The position numbers and the translations under genes were made by a program. The notes beneath the pieces are model-generated. The model was not told the DNA's origin, ran no database searches, and saw nothing but the letters and a program-made list of their open reading frames with translations. A DNA stretch of 61,021 nucleotides. It comes from an uncultured Rhodobacterales bacterium. Lineage in GTDB: Bacteria; Pseudomonadota; Alphaproteobacteria; Rhodobacterales; CAZPXZ01. The stretch is from positions 1-61,021 of the forward strand of contig CAZPXZ010000005.1 of NCBI GenBank assembly GCA_964590405.1. The letters run 5' to 3'. Numbering within the stretch: the stretch's first letter is position 1; each line of letters opens with the position of its first letter. This document shows, in pieces, positions 28,231-38,283 of the stretch.

Positions 28231-28947
28231 ATGCGTGAGGTAATTCTCGATACGGAAACAACAGGCCTGTATGTCGATCGCGGCGATCGGATCATAGAGG
28301 TTGCATGTATCGAGCTTCTTGACCGGGCGCGAAAGGGTCAGTCCTTTCAGCGCTATGTGAATCCGGAACGCCCGATCGATGCGGATGCCAGGCAGGTTCA
28401 CGGTATCACCGACGAAATGCTGCGCGACAAGCCGCGCTTTGCAGATATCGTGGATGAGTTTCTCGCCTTCATCGGCGAGGATCCACTCGTGATTCACAAT
28501 GCGCCGTTCGACATGGGGTTTCTGAACGAGGAACTTCGTCGTTGCGGTCGCCCACCGATTCCGCGCCAGCGGTCGGTGGACACATTGGAAATATCAAGAC
28601 GCCGACATCCGGGAGCCCGGCACAGTCTCGACAAGCTGGCAGAGCGGTACCGTATAGACACTTCGTCGCGCACGCTTCATGGTGGCCTGATCGATGCCGA
28701 CATTCTTCTGGAGGTGTATCTCGAGCTTACCGGAAGTCGCCGGCAGGACCTTGGATTCGACGCCATCATGGTGGATTCCACCGACGATGACGGCAGTCCG
28801 GCCCGGAAGCGGCCGACAGCGCTTGCGCCCCTCTCGACCGAGGCGGAGCGGAACGCGCATCGGGAATACATCCGCGAATCCATCGGAGAGCATGCGCTCT
28901 GGCTGCGTCAGGAGGAGGACAACCCCGCCTCCGAGCCGGTTGTATGA
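28231..28947 (+). CDS. dnaQ: DNA polymerase III epsilon subunit (3'-5' exonuclease)
   Basis: The ATG at 28231 gives MREVILDTETTGL (Exo I). VIHNAPFDMGFL (Exo II) and HGGLIDADIL (Exo III) are present. Confidence 0.9.
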   Translation: MREVILDTETTGLYVDRGDRIIEVACIELLDRARKGQSFQRYVNPERPIDADARQVHGITDEMLRDKPRFADIVDEFLAFIGEDPLVIHNAPFDMGFLNEELRRCGRPPIPRQRSVDTLEISRRRHPGARHSLDKLAERYRIDTSSRTLHGGLIDADILLEVYLELTGSRRQDLGFDAIMVDSTDDDGSPARKRPTALAPLSTEAERNAHREYIRESIGEHALWLRQEEDNPASEPVV

Positions 28948-28971
28948 CCCTGGAGCTAGGTTCGGCGCAGG

Positions 28972-30840
28972 ATGGTCGAGGTGAAAGCTGTCGGGGACGC
29001 GGTAGGGGGCGTCGTGGTCATCCGAAATTCCCTTGCCGGTTTGGGAAGGGGTCCCGGCGTTTACCGCATGCTCGATACGCGCGGCGCGGCGCTTTATGTC
29101 GGCAAGGCGCGAAACCTGAAACGGCGGGTTTCCGCCTATACAAAGCCGGGCAGTCACCAGACTCGCATCCAGCGGATGATCGCCGCTACCGCGTCAATGG
29201 AATTCACGACCACCGCCACGGAAGCGGAAGCGCTGCTGCTCGAGTCCATCCTGATCAAGCGTCTGAAACCCCGCTACAACATTCTCCTCCGGGACGACAA
29301 GGCCTTTCCCCAGATTCTCATCAAGGGCGGTCACCCGTTTCCGCAACTCATGAAATACAGGGGAACCAGACAGCAGGAGGGCCGCTACTTCGGGCCCTTC
29401 GCTTCGGCCGGAGCGGTCAACCGGACATTGAACCAGCTGCAGAAGGCGTTCCTGCTGCGCACCTGTTCCGACACGACCTTTGTCAACCGTACCCGGCCCT
29501 GCCTGCTGCACCAAATCCGACGATGCTCAGGCCCCTGCGTGGGGCTTGTTTCCGAAGCGGAGTATGCACGGCAGGTCGAGGATGCGTCGCGATTTCTCCG
29601 GGGCCAGTCGACGGCAGTGCAACGAGGCCTTGCCAGGCAGATGCAGGAAGCAAGCGATGCGCTGGAATTCGAGCGGGCAGCCCTCTTTCGCGACCGTATA
29701 CGGGCGCTGACGGAAGTGCAGGCGCGGCAAGGAGTGAACCCGAGGACGGTGCGGGAGGCCGATCTGTTTGCCTTGCATCTCGAGAGCGGGCAGGGCTGTG
29801 CCCAGGCCGTGTTCTTCCGGGCACAGCAACATTGGGGGGACCGGACGTATTTCCCGCGATTTGCCGCAGAGGACGGGGAGGCGAACATCCTCGGAGCGCT
29901 GGTCGGACAGTTCTACGCGAACCGCATTCCTCCACCGGTCATCCTGCTGTCTCACCCGGTCGAGCGGCCGGATCTCCTGGAGTCGGCGCTTGCCGTGCGC
30001 CGGGGTAGCAATGTACGCATCCTGGTACCGAAGCGAGGCGAGAAGCGGCATCTCGTGGAATTGGCAAGCAACAACGCTCGTGAAGCCCTTGCGCGGAGAA
30101 TGGCGGAGGCATCGGTGCAGGATGCGTTGCGGGAAAGCCTGGCAGAAACATTCGAACTGGACGCACCGCCAAGGCGGATAGAGGTGTACGACAACTCCCA
30201 TATCCAGGGTTCGGCTGCGGTGGCGGCAATGGTCGTGGCGGGGCCAGAGGGTTTTCAGAGTTCCCAGTACAGAAGGTTCAATCTGGATGGTGAAGATATC
30301 TCGCGTGGAGACGACACCGGCATGCTTCGCGCTGTCTTGTACCGCCGTTTCGGCAGGCTTCTGCGGGAGGATCCCGATCGAGGAGAGACCTGGCCTGATC
30401 TGGTGCTGATCGATGGCGGTGCGGGGCAGCTCTCGGCTGCACTGTCCGTGCTGGCGGATTTGGGTCTGGAGGACGTACCACTGGTTGCCATCGCCAAGGG
30501 ACGGGATCGTGACGCCGGTCGGGAAATCTTCTTCCAGGACGGCCGGCAGCCATTCGGTCTTCGGCGAAGGGATCCGCTACTCTATTATCTGCAGCGTCTA
30601 CGAGACGAGGCCCACCGGTTTGCGGTCGGGTCGCATCGTGCGAGGCGCAAGCGAGCCGCGGTCCGGTCTCCCCTAGATGAGGTGCCCGGGATCGGGACGG
30701 CAAGGAAACGGGCGCTCCTGGAGCGCTTCGGTTCGGCAAAGGCCGTTGGTCGGGCCGGCATACCGGATATTGCATCCGTTTCCGGCATCAGCAAGGGGCT
30801 CGCTCGTCGCATCTACGAGGCGTTTCGCAACGAGGGGTGA
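28972..30840 (+). CDS. uvrC: excinuclease ABC subunit C
   Basis: 622 aa. GIY-YIG N-terminus (GVYRMLDTRGAALYVGKARNLKRRVSAY), a UvrBC-interaction region and a C-terminal (HhH)2. Confidence 0.9.
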   Translation: MVEVKAVGDAVGGVVVIRNSLAGLGRGPGVYRMLDTRGAALYVGKARNLKRRVSAYTKPGSHQTRIQRMIAATASMEFTTTATEAEALLLESILIKRLKPRYNILLRDDKAFPQILIKGGHPFPQLMKYRGTRQQEGRYFGPFASAGAVNRTLNQLQKAFLLRTCSDTTFVNRTRPCLLHQIRRCSGPCVGLVSEAEYARQVEDASRFLRGQSTAVQRGLARQMQEASDALEFERAALFRDRIRALTEVQARQGVNPRTVREADLFALHLESGQGCAQAVFFRAQQHWGDRTYFPRFAAEDGEANILGALVGQFYANRIPPPVILLSHPVERPDLLESALAVRRGSNVRILVPKRGEKRHLVELASNNAREALARRMAEASVQDALRESLAETFELDAPPRRIEVYDNSHIQGSAAVAAMVVAGPEGFQSSQYRRFNLDGEDISRGDDTGMLRAVLYRRFGRLLREDPDRGETWPDLVLIDGGAGQLSAALSVLADLGLEDVPLVAIAKGRDRDAGREIFFQDGRQPFGLRRRDPLLYYLQRLRDEAHRFAVGSHRARRKRAAVRSPLDEVPGIGTARKRALLERFGSAKAVGRAGIPDIASVSGISKGLARRIYEAFRNEG

Positions 30841-30843
30841 TCC

Positions 30844-31392
30844 ATGGGCCTGGCGAACTGGCTGACTCTCGCCCGCATGCTGGCGGTTCCACTGCTTCTG
30901 GCGCTGTTCTTCGCCCCGGGATCGGAGGGCGAAGTGCTGCGGCTTGTCGTGTTTCTGCTGGCGGCGATCACAGACTGGCTGGACGGCCGGATCGCCCGTC
31001 AGCGCGGGCAGACATCGCGGCTCGGTGCGGCGCTGGATCCGGCGGCGGACAAGATGCTGGTGCTCGGCGCGATTCTGATGCTGGCCGGCACCGGCGGGAT
31101 CGAGGGCTGGTCACTCCTTGCCGCCGCAGTCATCCTGCTTCGGGAAATCCTGGTGTCCGGATTGCGGGAGGCTGTGAGCCAGCAGGGGGAACCGCTTGCA
31201 ACGGCGACCGCGGCAAAGTGGAAGGCCGCAGCGCAAATGGCAGCACTTGCCATCCTGATCGCGGGATCGCTGGCTGACCGGATCCATCCCCTCTTGCCCG
31301 ATCTCGGCATTGTTCTGCTTTGGGTTGCGGCGGCACTGGCGGCATGGAGCGGTGGATCCTATGCGTCGGTCGCATGGCGCCGACTGCGATAG
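30844..31392 (+). CDS. pgsA: CDP-diacylglycerol--glycerol-3-phosphate 3-phosphatidyltransferase
   Basis: The CDP-alcohol phosphatidyltransferase motif DWLDGRIAR...GAALDPAADK. 182 aa and membrane-embedded. Confidence 0.85.
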   Translation: MGLANWLTLARMLAVPLLLALFFAPGSEGEVLRLVVFLLAAITDWLDGRIARQRGQTSRLGAALDPAADKMLVLGAILMLAGTGGIEGWSLLAAAVILLREILVSGLREAVSQQGEPLATATAAKWKAAAQMAALAILIAGSLADRIHPLLPDLGIVLLWVAAALAAWSGGSYASVAWRRLR

Positions 31393-31412
31393 AAACACTT
31401 CGGAGCGGGACA

Positions 31413-31673
31413 ATGATGAGAATGCGAGTCCGGTATTTTGCCTGGGTCCGCGAGCGGATTGGGGTGGGAACGGAGGAAGTGGAACTGCCGGATCACGTCG
31501 GTACCGTGGAGGAGTTGATTGTGTGGCTCCGGAACCGCGGGGCACGCTACGACCGTGCGTTCGACGATCCGGCCGCGATCCGGATTGCCATTGACCAGGA
31601 GATGGCGGAACCTTCGGCATCGATCAGGAATGCAACGGAAGTGGCGTTCTTTCCGCCCATGACCGGGGGGTGA
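31413..31673 (+). CDS. moaD: molybdopterin synthase sulfur-carrier subunit
   Basis: MRVRYFAWVRERIG... ending in the diagnostic C-terminal GG. The start is at 31413 or 31422. Confidence 0.8.
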   Translation: MMRMRVRYFAWVRERIGVGTEEVELPDHVGTVEELIVWLRNRGARYDRAFDDPAAIRIAIDQEMAEPSASIRNATEVAFFPPMTGG

Positions 31674-32131
31674 GCGCAATGGCCGTATCGGTGCAGGCGA
31701 AACCGTTCGATGTGGCAGCCGAAATTGCCGCGGTAACCAAGGCGGCCGGAGATGCGGGTGCGGTTGTTAGCTTCACCGGTATCGTTCGCCGGGGAGCAGA
31801 AGGCGTCGAAACGCTTACCCTGGAGCACTTTCCGGGCATGACCGAACGGAAGCTCGAGGAAATCGAGAGCGAAGCGCATGCGCGCTGGCCGCTCCTGGCG
31901 TCGAAGATCGTGCATCGAGTTGGAGCGCTCTGTCCGGGGGAGTCGATTGTACTGGTGATAACCGCAAGCGCGCACCGGCACGCAGCCTTCGAAGCGGCGA
32001 TGTTCCTGATGGACTATCTCAAGACGCGGGCGCCGTTCTGGAAGAGCGAACGCACGGTGAAGAGCGAGCACTGGGTCGAGGCGCGTGGAAGCGACGACGA
32101 GGCCGCAGCGCGCTGGTCAGCGGAAGGCTGA
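31670..32131 (+). CDS. moaE: molybdopterin synthase catalytic subunit
   Basis: 153 aa. The start overlaps the moaD stop. GAVVSFTGIVR and ..KTRAPFWK.E motifs. Confidence 0.85.
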   Translation: MSAMAVSVQAKPFDVAAEIAAVTKAAGDAGAVVSFTGIVRRGAEGVETLTLEHFPGMTERKLEEIESEAHARWPLLASKIVHRVGALCPGESIVLVITASAHRHAAFEAAMFLMDYLKTRAPFWKSERTVKSEHWVEARGSDDEAAARWSAEG

Positions 32132-32154
32132 CGAAGAAACATGGCTTGGAAAGC

Positions 32155-32228
32155 TGGTTGAGGCGGGTGGATTCGAACCACCGTTTCCGGAGTCAAAGTC
32201 CGGCGTCCTGCCGCTGGACGACGCCTCA
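32155..32228 (-). tRNA. tRNA-Gln(UUG)
   Basis: The reverse complement is TGAGGCGTCGTCCAGCGGCAGGACGCCGGACTTTGACTCCGGAAACGGTGGTTCGAATCCACCCGCCTCAACCA. Anticodon loop CUUUGAC. Confidence 0.9.
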
Positions 32229-32636
32229 AGCGCGGCGCATTCTAGCACATGGATTGCTACTTACCGGCAACGCCGACCGGGGCGGCGGTTGTCAGCATGA
32301 TTGTGCCTTTCCCGGTATCCGCGGGACAACACGATCCGACCGGTTACTCCGAAAGCGATCCAGTTCGTCGACAAGAGGACGTTCCGGGTCGGCGCCGCCA
32401 AGCGGGAAGTGCGTTTTGAATCCGACGGGCAGCGGGTTGCCGGGATGCAGAATCGGGTCAGGACCCGTTATGTTGACACTTGCCTCGAGCCTGTTCCGAA
32501 CTTGCCGTGGAATGACGATCCCGCGTTGTTCGCCCAGATTGAGGAATTGACGCCCGAGAGAATGTCGTAACCGTTCGACGCCCGTCTGTCGGACACGCAG
32601 ACATGGTTCGCCGGAAAAGTATGAGGAGAAAACGAA

Positions 32637-33314
32637 ATGAAGCGCTCCGAGATCAACGCCATTATCCGGGATGCCGAGGAATTCATCGAATCCTTCCGGT
32701 TTCTCCTGCCACCATTTGCATCCTGGACGCCCGCACGTTGGCGCGTATCCGGCGATGAAACGGCAGAACTCTGCCGTGCCGGATGCGGGTGGGATATCAC
32801 GGATTTCGGACAGGGTGATTTCGCAAGGAAGGGCCTGGTGCTGATTACCCTCCGCAACGGAAATGCCGCGGACCTGGCAAGCGGCCGGGGCATGCTTTAC
32901 GCCGAGAAGCTGCTGATCCTTCGCGAAGGGCAGATGGCGATTTCTCATTACCACAAGGTGAAGACGGAGGACATCATCGTGCGCGGGGGTGCGCCGATGA
33001 TCGCGAAGCTTCACAACGTGCTTCCGGACGGACGACAGGACCAGGAGACCCCGGTCGAAGTCCGAAAGGACGGAATCCTGCACCGCGTCGAGGCGGGTGG
33101 AACCATTTGCGTCGAACCCGGGGCATCGATCACGCTTGAGCCGGGTTGCGCCCATGCATTCTGGACCGAGGGCGGCGACAGCCTTCTAGGTGAGGTCTCA
33201 ACGGTCAATGACGACACGACGGACAACTACTTTTTCGAGGAAACTGCACGGTTCCCGGCGACCGAGGAGGATGAACCCGCCTATCGCCTGATCGTGCCGG
33301 ACTACATGAAGTAG
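32637..33314 (+). CDS. D-lyxose/D-mannose family sugar isomerase (cupin)
   Basis: 225 aa. MKRSEIN..I..A..F, LPPFA.W and the cupin metal motif ..ISHYHKVKTEDII..G. It matches my memory of YdaE-type D-lyxose ketol-isomerases. Confidence 0.75.
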   Translation: MKRSEINAIIRDAEEFIESFRFLLPPFASWTPARWRVSGDETAELCRAGCGWDITDFGQGDFARKGLVLITLRNGNAADLASGRGMLYAEKLLILREGQMAISHYHKVKTEDIIVRGGAPMIAKLHNVLPDGRQDQETPVEVRKDGILHRVEAGGTICVEPGASITLEPGCAHAFWTEGGDSLLGEVSTVNDDTTDNYFFEETARFPATEEDEPAYRLIVPDYMK

Positions 33315-33472
33315 ACCGAATGACGGGGTCGCGCTCACGGTGGGTGCAGCGAGATCGTCAGGCAAGGAACAGACTCTGCAATCTGGAATTCGACAGCATA
33401 GCCAGAGGACAGGACCGCAGCGGGTGTTCCCGGAAGAGGGAGACCCGCAACATCGTTCATGGAAGAGTCGAG

Positions 33473-34072
33473 ATGAAGAACAGACGATTTCCCTCCTTGG
33501 CACTGGCCATGTTCATGCTGTGCAACGTTGATGCTGCCATTGCGCAGGGAGAACGATCGCTGGAGGAGCATGAGCCAGCGGGCCCGGGACTTCACGCCCG
33601 CCTGTTCGAGACCCATCTCCAGCCCTTGACGGAAGTTTGTGCAGGGCAGGAACACGACATCTCCTGCATCAACGATTTCTGGGACGTTGCGGATGTTTCC
33701 GGCGATGGCGAACTGGGCGTCGCAGAAATTACCAGAATGCTCCGTATCATTACCGGCGAGCTGGCACACGACCACTACCTTCGGAGTCACGCGGAATTCC
33801 GGGCGTCGTCTGTCTCGAAAGCGGAGGATCTACCACCGCTGAGTGAAGAATCGGCTGCAGTGGTATTGATGGCCACAGTGGGGCCTGTAGTTTCCCACGC
33901 CGCGATCGCAAATCTGGATTACGATTCCAACGGGTCACTTTCCAAGCGAGAGGTTCTGCACGATGTCGCTACGGACATCCTGCTGGAATCGGTTGACACG
34001 CTGCCTTCGGAATTCCGGTCCAGTGCCTCGAAAGCCGTCGAGTATCTCCTGGAGTTTCTCTGGACTGAATGA
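33473..34072 (+). CDS. secreted EF-hand calcium-binding protein
   Basis: Signal peptide MKNRRFPSLALAMFMLCNVDAAIA. Two canonical 12-residue EF loops, DVSGDGELGVAE and DYDSNGSLSKRE. Confidence 0.7.
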   Translation: MKNRRFPSLALAMFMLCNVDAAIAQGERSLEEHEPAGPGLHARLFETHLQPLTEVCAGQEHDISCINDFWDVADVSGDGELGVAEITRMLRIITGELAHDHYLRSHAEFRASSVSKAEDLPPLSEESAAVVLMATVGPVVSHAAIANLDYDSNGSLSKREVLHDVATDILLESVDTLPSEFRSSASKAVEYLLEFLWTE

Positions 34073-34316
34073 CCACGGAACAGGGGCTGACAATCGCTGT
34101 CCCTACCCGGGCATGTGGTGAGACTCACACCGCGTCCCGCCCTCTTTGTCCTCCGAACACGGGATCTGAGGGCCGTTCTCCCCGGGCATCCGCGGTCTTG
34201 ACCGGCAGAGTCGTTGCCGGAAACCGTGCGGACCGATCCCCACTGTGCTAGCGTGCGCGGTCTGCCGGATTTTCCGGCACTGAATGGATGACCTACACAA
34301 AGAGGGAGAGCCCTAC

Positions 34317-35297
34317 ATGAAGAAGTTGTTTTCCGCAGCTCTCGGCGCAGCAATTCTCACTGCGGCGATGGCAGCAGGTCCAGCCGCTGCGCAGGACAAG
34401 AAACTCACGATCGCCCTGATTCCCGGTCTGACCACGGATGCCTTCTACATCACCATGCGGAAAGGCGCGGAGCACGCCGCGAACGCGCTTGGCGTGGATT
34501 TCGTGTTCCAGGGAGCGCCGGAGTTCAATCCGACGCTGCAGGTCCCGGTGCTGAACGCCGTGATCGCAAGGCAGCCCGATGCCATTCTGATCGCTCCGAC
34601 CGACAAGCAGCAGTTGATTGCACCACTTCGGACCGCGGTGGAACAGGGCATTACCGTGATCACGGTCGATACGTTCATCGATGACGGAATGTACCAGGAT
34701 GGCTCCGGGCCGGGCGACTTCCCGCTGACCTATGTCGCTTCCGACAACGTGCTCGGAGGTGTCATGGCCGGTCGGGCGCTGGCTGCGGCGGTCGGAGGAG
34801 AGGGCAAGGTCTACGTTTCCAACGTGAAGCCAGGAATTTCGACAACGGACCAGCGCGAGGAAGGCTTCATCATGGCCATGGAAGCGTTTCCCAACATCGA
34901 GGTTCTGGAAACCCAGTTCAACGATGATGACGCGAACAAGGCCGCGGCACAGTTGCAGGCGGTACTGGCCCGCAATCCGGATCTTGCCGGCGTCTTCGGT
35001 GCGAACCTGTTCTCGGCGGTTGGTACCGCGGACGGCGTGAAAGCGGTCGGCAAGAGCGGCGAGATCAAGGTGGTCGCGTTCGATACGCCGACGCGTATTG
35101 TCGACGACATCAAGTCTGGACTGATCGACATGGCGATTGCACAACATCCGGCGGAGATCGGCTATTACGGTGTGGTTACCGCCTATGCAGCCCTGACCGG
35201 ACAGTCCGTCCCCGTCGCGATCGGGACCGGCTTCACGGTGATGGACAGTTCGAACATCGACGATCCAGAAATCCTGAAATACGTCTACTCCGACTGA
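34317..35297 (+). CDS. sugar ABC transporter periplasmic binding protein (CUT2, RbsB/FrcB-like)
   Basis: AGAGGGAGAG RBS. Signal peptide MKKLFSAALGAAILTAAMAAGPAAA. Periplasmic-binding-protein type I pattern. Confidence 0.85.
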   Translation: MKKLFSAALGAAILTAAMAAGPAAAQDKKLTIALIPGLTTDAFYITMRKGAEHAANALGVDFVFQGAPEFNPTLQVPVLNAVIARQPDAILIAPTDKQQLIAPLRTAVEQGITVITVDTFIDDGMYQDGSGPGDFPLTYVASDNVLGGVMAGRALAAAVGGEGKVYVSNVKPGISTTDQREEGFIMAMEAFPNIEVLETQFNDDDANKAAAQLQAVLARNPDLAGVFGANLFSAVGTADGVKAVGKSGEIKVVAFDTPTRIVDDIKSGLIDMAIAQHPAEIGYYGVVTAYAALTGQSVPVAIGTGFTVMDSSNIDDPEILKYVYSD

Positions 35298-35354
35298 TAA
35301 CCATTGACGGCAGGCGGTCTCCGCACCGCCTGCCGTAACCAAGGCCAGAGCGAC

Positions 35355-36398
35355 ATGAGCAGCAGTACCGACACGCAGGATTTTTCGCCCGAGCGGGAAG
35401 AGCGGGCGCGCCTGCTGCGCCTTGTCGCGGCGACCTGGTCCTGGTTCTTTCTGATCGCCCTGCTGATCTTCTTCGAGACCTGGGCACGCTCGGTCTACGG
35501 AGCCTCCTTCCTCTTCAATCCGTTCAACATCCAGAGCATCGCCCTGTTCACCGCCGCACCTCTGCTTCTCGGCGTCGGGCAGACCTTCGTGATCATTGCC
35601 GGGGGAATCGACCTTTCCGTGGGATTCGTCATGGGCCTGGCCGCGGTTGTCATGGCGCGGATCATGAACCTGGATGTGCTCACCGGAGTGCCGGGTCTGG
35701 CGCTGGCGATCGGAATTTGTGTCGCATTCGCGGTTGCGCTTCTTCCCGGCGCAGTCAACGGCGTCTTGATCGCGAGGCTACGGGTTCCCGCATTCATCGG
35801 TACGCTCGGCATGTACGGTGTCGCGAGGGGGTGCGGATTCCTGGCTGCGGACGGTACCACCGTGCCGGTCAACAATGACTGGCTGTTCCTCATGGGAAAC
35901 GGCAAGTTCCTGAGTATTCCGGTCCCGGTCTGGATCACGGTCGGTGTTGTTCTCATTCTCTATTACGTGCTGTCGCAGACACGTTTCGGCCAGTACACCT
36001 ATGCCATCGGCGGCAACCGACAGGCGGCAATCCGCGCCGGTATTCCGGTACGACGCCACACGATGTTCATCTATCTCATAGCCGCCGGGTGCGCTGGTGT
36101 TGCCGGCATGGTGTACACCTCACGTTTCTCGGCCGGCGCGGCGCAAGCGGGAGAGCCACTGCTCCTGGACTCCATTGCGGCAGTGGTCATCGGGGGCGCG
36201 AGTCTCTTCGGCGGCTCCGGCACCATCATCGGTACCGTGATTGGCGCGCTGATCATCGCGGTGATCCAGTACGGACTGGTTTTCATCGATGTGGAACCCT
36301 TCTGGCAATTCGTGGCGGTTGGTGTCGTCATCATCTTTTCCGTGCTGGTTGACCAGTCTCAGACCCGACTAACCGGCGAGGCGCAGGATGGAGACTGA
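35355..36398 (+). CDS. sugar ABC transporter permease (CUT2, RbsC-like)
   Basis: About 347 aa and polytopic. GGIDLSVG motif. Confidence 0.85.
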   Translation: MSSSTDTQDFSPEREERARLLRLVAATWSWFFLIALLIFFETWARSVYGASFLFNPFNIQSIALFTAAPLLLGVGQTFVIIAGGIDLSVGFVMGLAAVVMARIMNLDVLTGVPGLALAIGICVAFAVALLPGAVNGVLIARLRVPAFIGTLGMYGVARGCGFLAADGTTVPVNNDWLFLMGNGKFLSIPVPVWITVGVVLILYYVLSQTRFGQYTYAIGGNRQAAIRAGIPVRRHTMFIYLIAAGCAGVAGMVYTSRFSAGAAQAGEPLLLDSIAAVVIGGASLFGGSGTIIGTVIGALIIAVIQYGLVFIDVEPFWQFVAVGVVIIFSVLVDQSQTRLTGEAQDGD

Positions 36399-37137
36399 AC
36401 CGATCCTTTCCGGGGTAAACCTGACCAAACGGTTCGGGGGCGTGCTGGCGTTGAACGGGGTTTCCTTCGATCTGCATCGCGGCGAGGTCCTGGCGCTGGC
36501 CGGCGACAACGGTGCCGGAAAGTCGACGCTGATCAAATTGCTCTCGGGCGTGCACCAGCCGGATGGCGGCGAGATCATCTATCGCGGCGAGACGGTGGAG
36601 TTGGCCAATCCCCGTGCAGCACGGGAGATGGGGATCGAGACGATCTACCAGGACCTGGCGCTGGCCGACAATCTCGATGTCGGTTCGAATGTCTTTCTGG
36701 GACGGGAACCGTCCCGTCGGCTGGGCGGCCTGCTTCCGGCAATCGATCGCAAGCGCATGCGGAAGGAGTCCTTTTCGGTGCTCGAGACCCTGGATATCGA
36801 GTTGCCTGCGCGAGCACTGGGGCAGCCGGTTCGTCGGCTATCCGGGGGTCAGCGGCAGGCAGTTGCCATCGGACGCGCGATTTTCTGGCAAGCCGAAATC
36901 CTGATCATGGATGAGCCCACGGCCGCTCTCGGTGTTCCCGAGCAGCGGAAGGTGATGCAACTGATCCGTGGCCTCAAGGAAAGCAACGTGGCGGTGATCT
37001 TCATTTCGCACAACATGGGCGATATCCTGGCAGTGAGCGATCGGGTTGTCGTGCTGCGACGAAGTGAGAAAGTCGGAGAGGTTGTGACATCCGAGACGAC
37101 CAGCGATGAAGTGGTTCGCTTGATGGTCGGCGGATAA
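36388..37137 (+). CDS. sugar ABC transporter ATP-binding protein with a single NBD
   Basis: 249 aa. Walker A GDNGAGKST, signature LSGGQRQ, Walker B ILIMDEP. It has one NBD, unlike the two-NBD RbsA type. Confidence 0.85.
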   Translation: METEPILSGVNLTKRFGGVLALNGVSFDLHRGEVLALAGDNGAGKSTLIKLLSGVHQPDGGEIIYRGETVELANPRAAREMGIETIYQDLALADNLDVGSNVFLGREPSRRLGGLLPAIDRKRMRKESFSVLETLDIELPARALGQPVRRLSGGQRQAVAIGRAIFWQAEILIMDEPTAALGVPEQRKVMQLIRGLKESNVAVIFISHNMGDILAVSDRVVVLRRSEKVGEVVTSETTSDEVVRLMVGG

Positions 37138-37157
37138 TCGCGACCGAGAGTCACGAC

Positions 37158-37176
37158 CAGGGCCGCACCGGCCCTG
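37158..37176. terminator. GC-rich hairpin between convergent genes
   Basis: CAGGGCCG-CAC-CGGCCCTG is a perfect 8-bp stem. It has no clear U tract. Confidence 0.4.
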
Positions 37177-37219
37177 CGCCTCATCATGCAGTCCAGGCTG
37201 ACCGTATGCTGTTTCCGGT

Positions 37220-38242
37220 TCAGATCGGCATTTCACGGTGACCGTATTGTCCGGCGTCCGCGAGACACTCCTCCCAGGTGCCGATCGCGCTGACCGTGTC
37301 CAGGCTGGAAAGGCAGACGGCGGCCGTTGCGACGGCGAGTTCCAGCCCGCGATGCGGTGGCCAGTCTTCGTGCAGGCCGTAGAGCATGCCTGCAGCGAAG
37401 GCATCTCCGCATCCCACAGCACTCACGATCCGGGATTTGGGCCAGAGGACGGAGGGTTGCCGCCAGACACCGCCCTTGCCATCCGCAGCAACGCCGCCTT
37501 CCGGGAAGTGGATGGCGGCGAGTTGCCGGACACCGAGTGCGCAGAGTTTCTCGCAGGCAGCCGCAGCCGCATTCCAGTCGAGTTCCTCCCCCTTCCGGAT
37601 TGGTATGCCGCTGACCTTTCCTCCTTCCACCTCGTTGATGATGATGCTGTCGAGCAGAGGCAGACACGGACGCACGATCGGACGAATGAAATCCGCTTCT
37701 GCGAACACCATTTCCATGTTCGTGCGCATTCCGGCTTCGCGCGCCCGCTTCAGCACCCGCGTCCAGCCATTTCCGTTTCCGTCCGCGTTGGGGCGGTCGA
37801 GAATTTCATGGAGTCCGCAGGCTCCGGCATGAAATATCCGGGCCGAACGTCCGGAAAGATCAAGATGATCGGGGCTGAGCAGGCTTGCAGTACCGTGACG
37901 AAGGAAGAAGGTTCGACGGCCGGAGGCCTGCGAGGACATGACCTCGGTGTGACACTGCTCGGCATCCTCGGTCCACTTGAGACCGCAGGGGTCGATGCCG
38001 GCATCCTGGATCGACCGTTGCACCACGGCACCGTTGGAATCATCGCCTATGAGGCTCTGCACTTCGGCGGGAAGCGTGGGATCCAGCCGTCGCAGCATGG
38101 CCGGTGCGTTGAATGCCGGTCCACCCGTGGACCAGGTGCGGTTCAGGACGACCGCGCCCTCGTCTTCCATCGGATATCGATTGATGGCCGTGTTGATATC
38201 GGTCACCACGGACCCGTACGAAAGGAAACCACGGCGGCTCAT
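37220..38242 (-). CDS. PfkB-family carbohydrate kinase
   Basis: AAGGAGGAGAA RBS before the ATG at 38242 (MSRRGFLSYGSVV). C-terminal VSAVGCGDAFAAG (the PfkB DTxGAGD-type motif). 340 aa. Confidence 0.8.
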   Translation of the reverse strand: MSRRGFLSYGSVVTDINTAINRYPMEDEGAVVLNRTWSTGGPAFNAPAMLRRLDPTLPAEVQSLIGDDSNGAVVQRSIQDAGIDPCGLKWTEDAEQCHTEVMSSQASGRRTFFLRHGTASLLSPDHLDLSGRSARIFHAGACGLHEILDRPNADGNGNGWTRVLKRAREAGMRTNMEMVFAEADFIRPIVRPCLPLLDSIIINEVEGGKVSGIPIRKGEELDWNAAAAACEKLCALGVRQLAAIHFPEGGVAADGKGGVWRQPSVLWPKSRIVSAVGCGDAFAAGMLYGLHEDWPPHRGLELAVATAAVCLSSLDTVSAIGTWEECLADAGQYGHREMPI

Positions 38243-38283
38243 TGTTGCTTCTCCTCCTTGCACCGTTCGACGGTCCACATCGT

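Noticed and set aside
32292-32560. A minus-strand stretch resembling an AbrB/SpoVT-type antitoxin (..GEQRGIVIPRQVRNRLEASVNITGPDPILHP..) next to tRNA-Gln
   Set aside because: There is no in-frame ATG/GTG/TTG start near the putative N-terminus, no RBS and no partner toxin gene. The similarity is pattern-level only.
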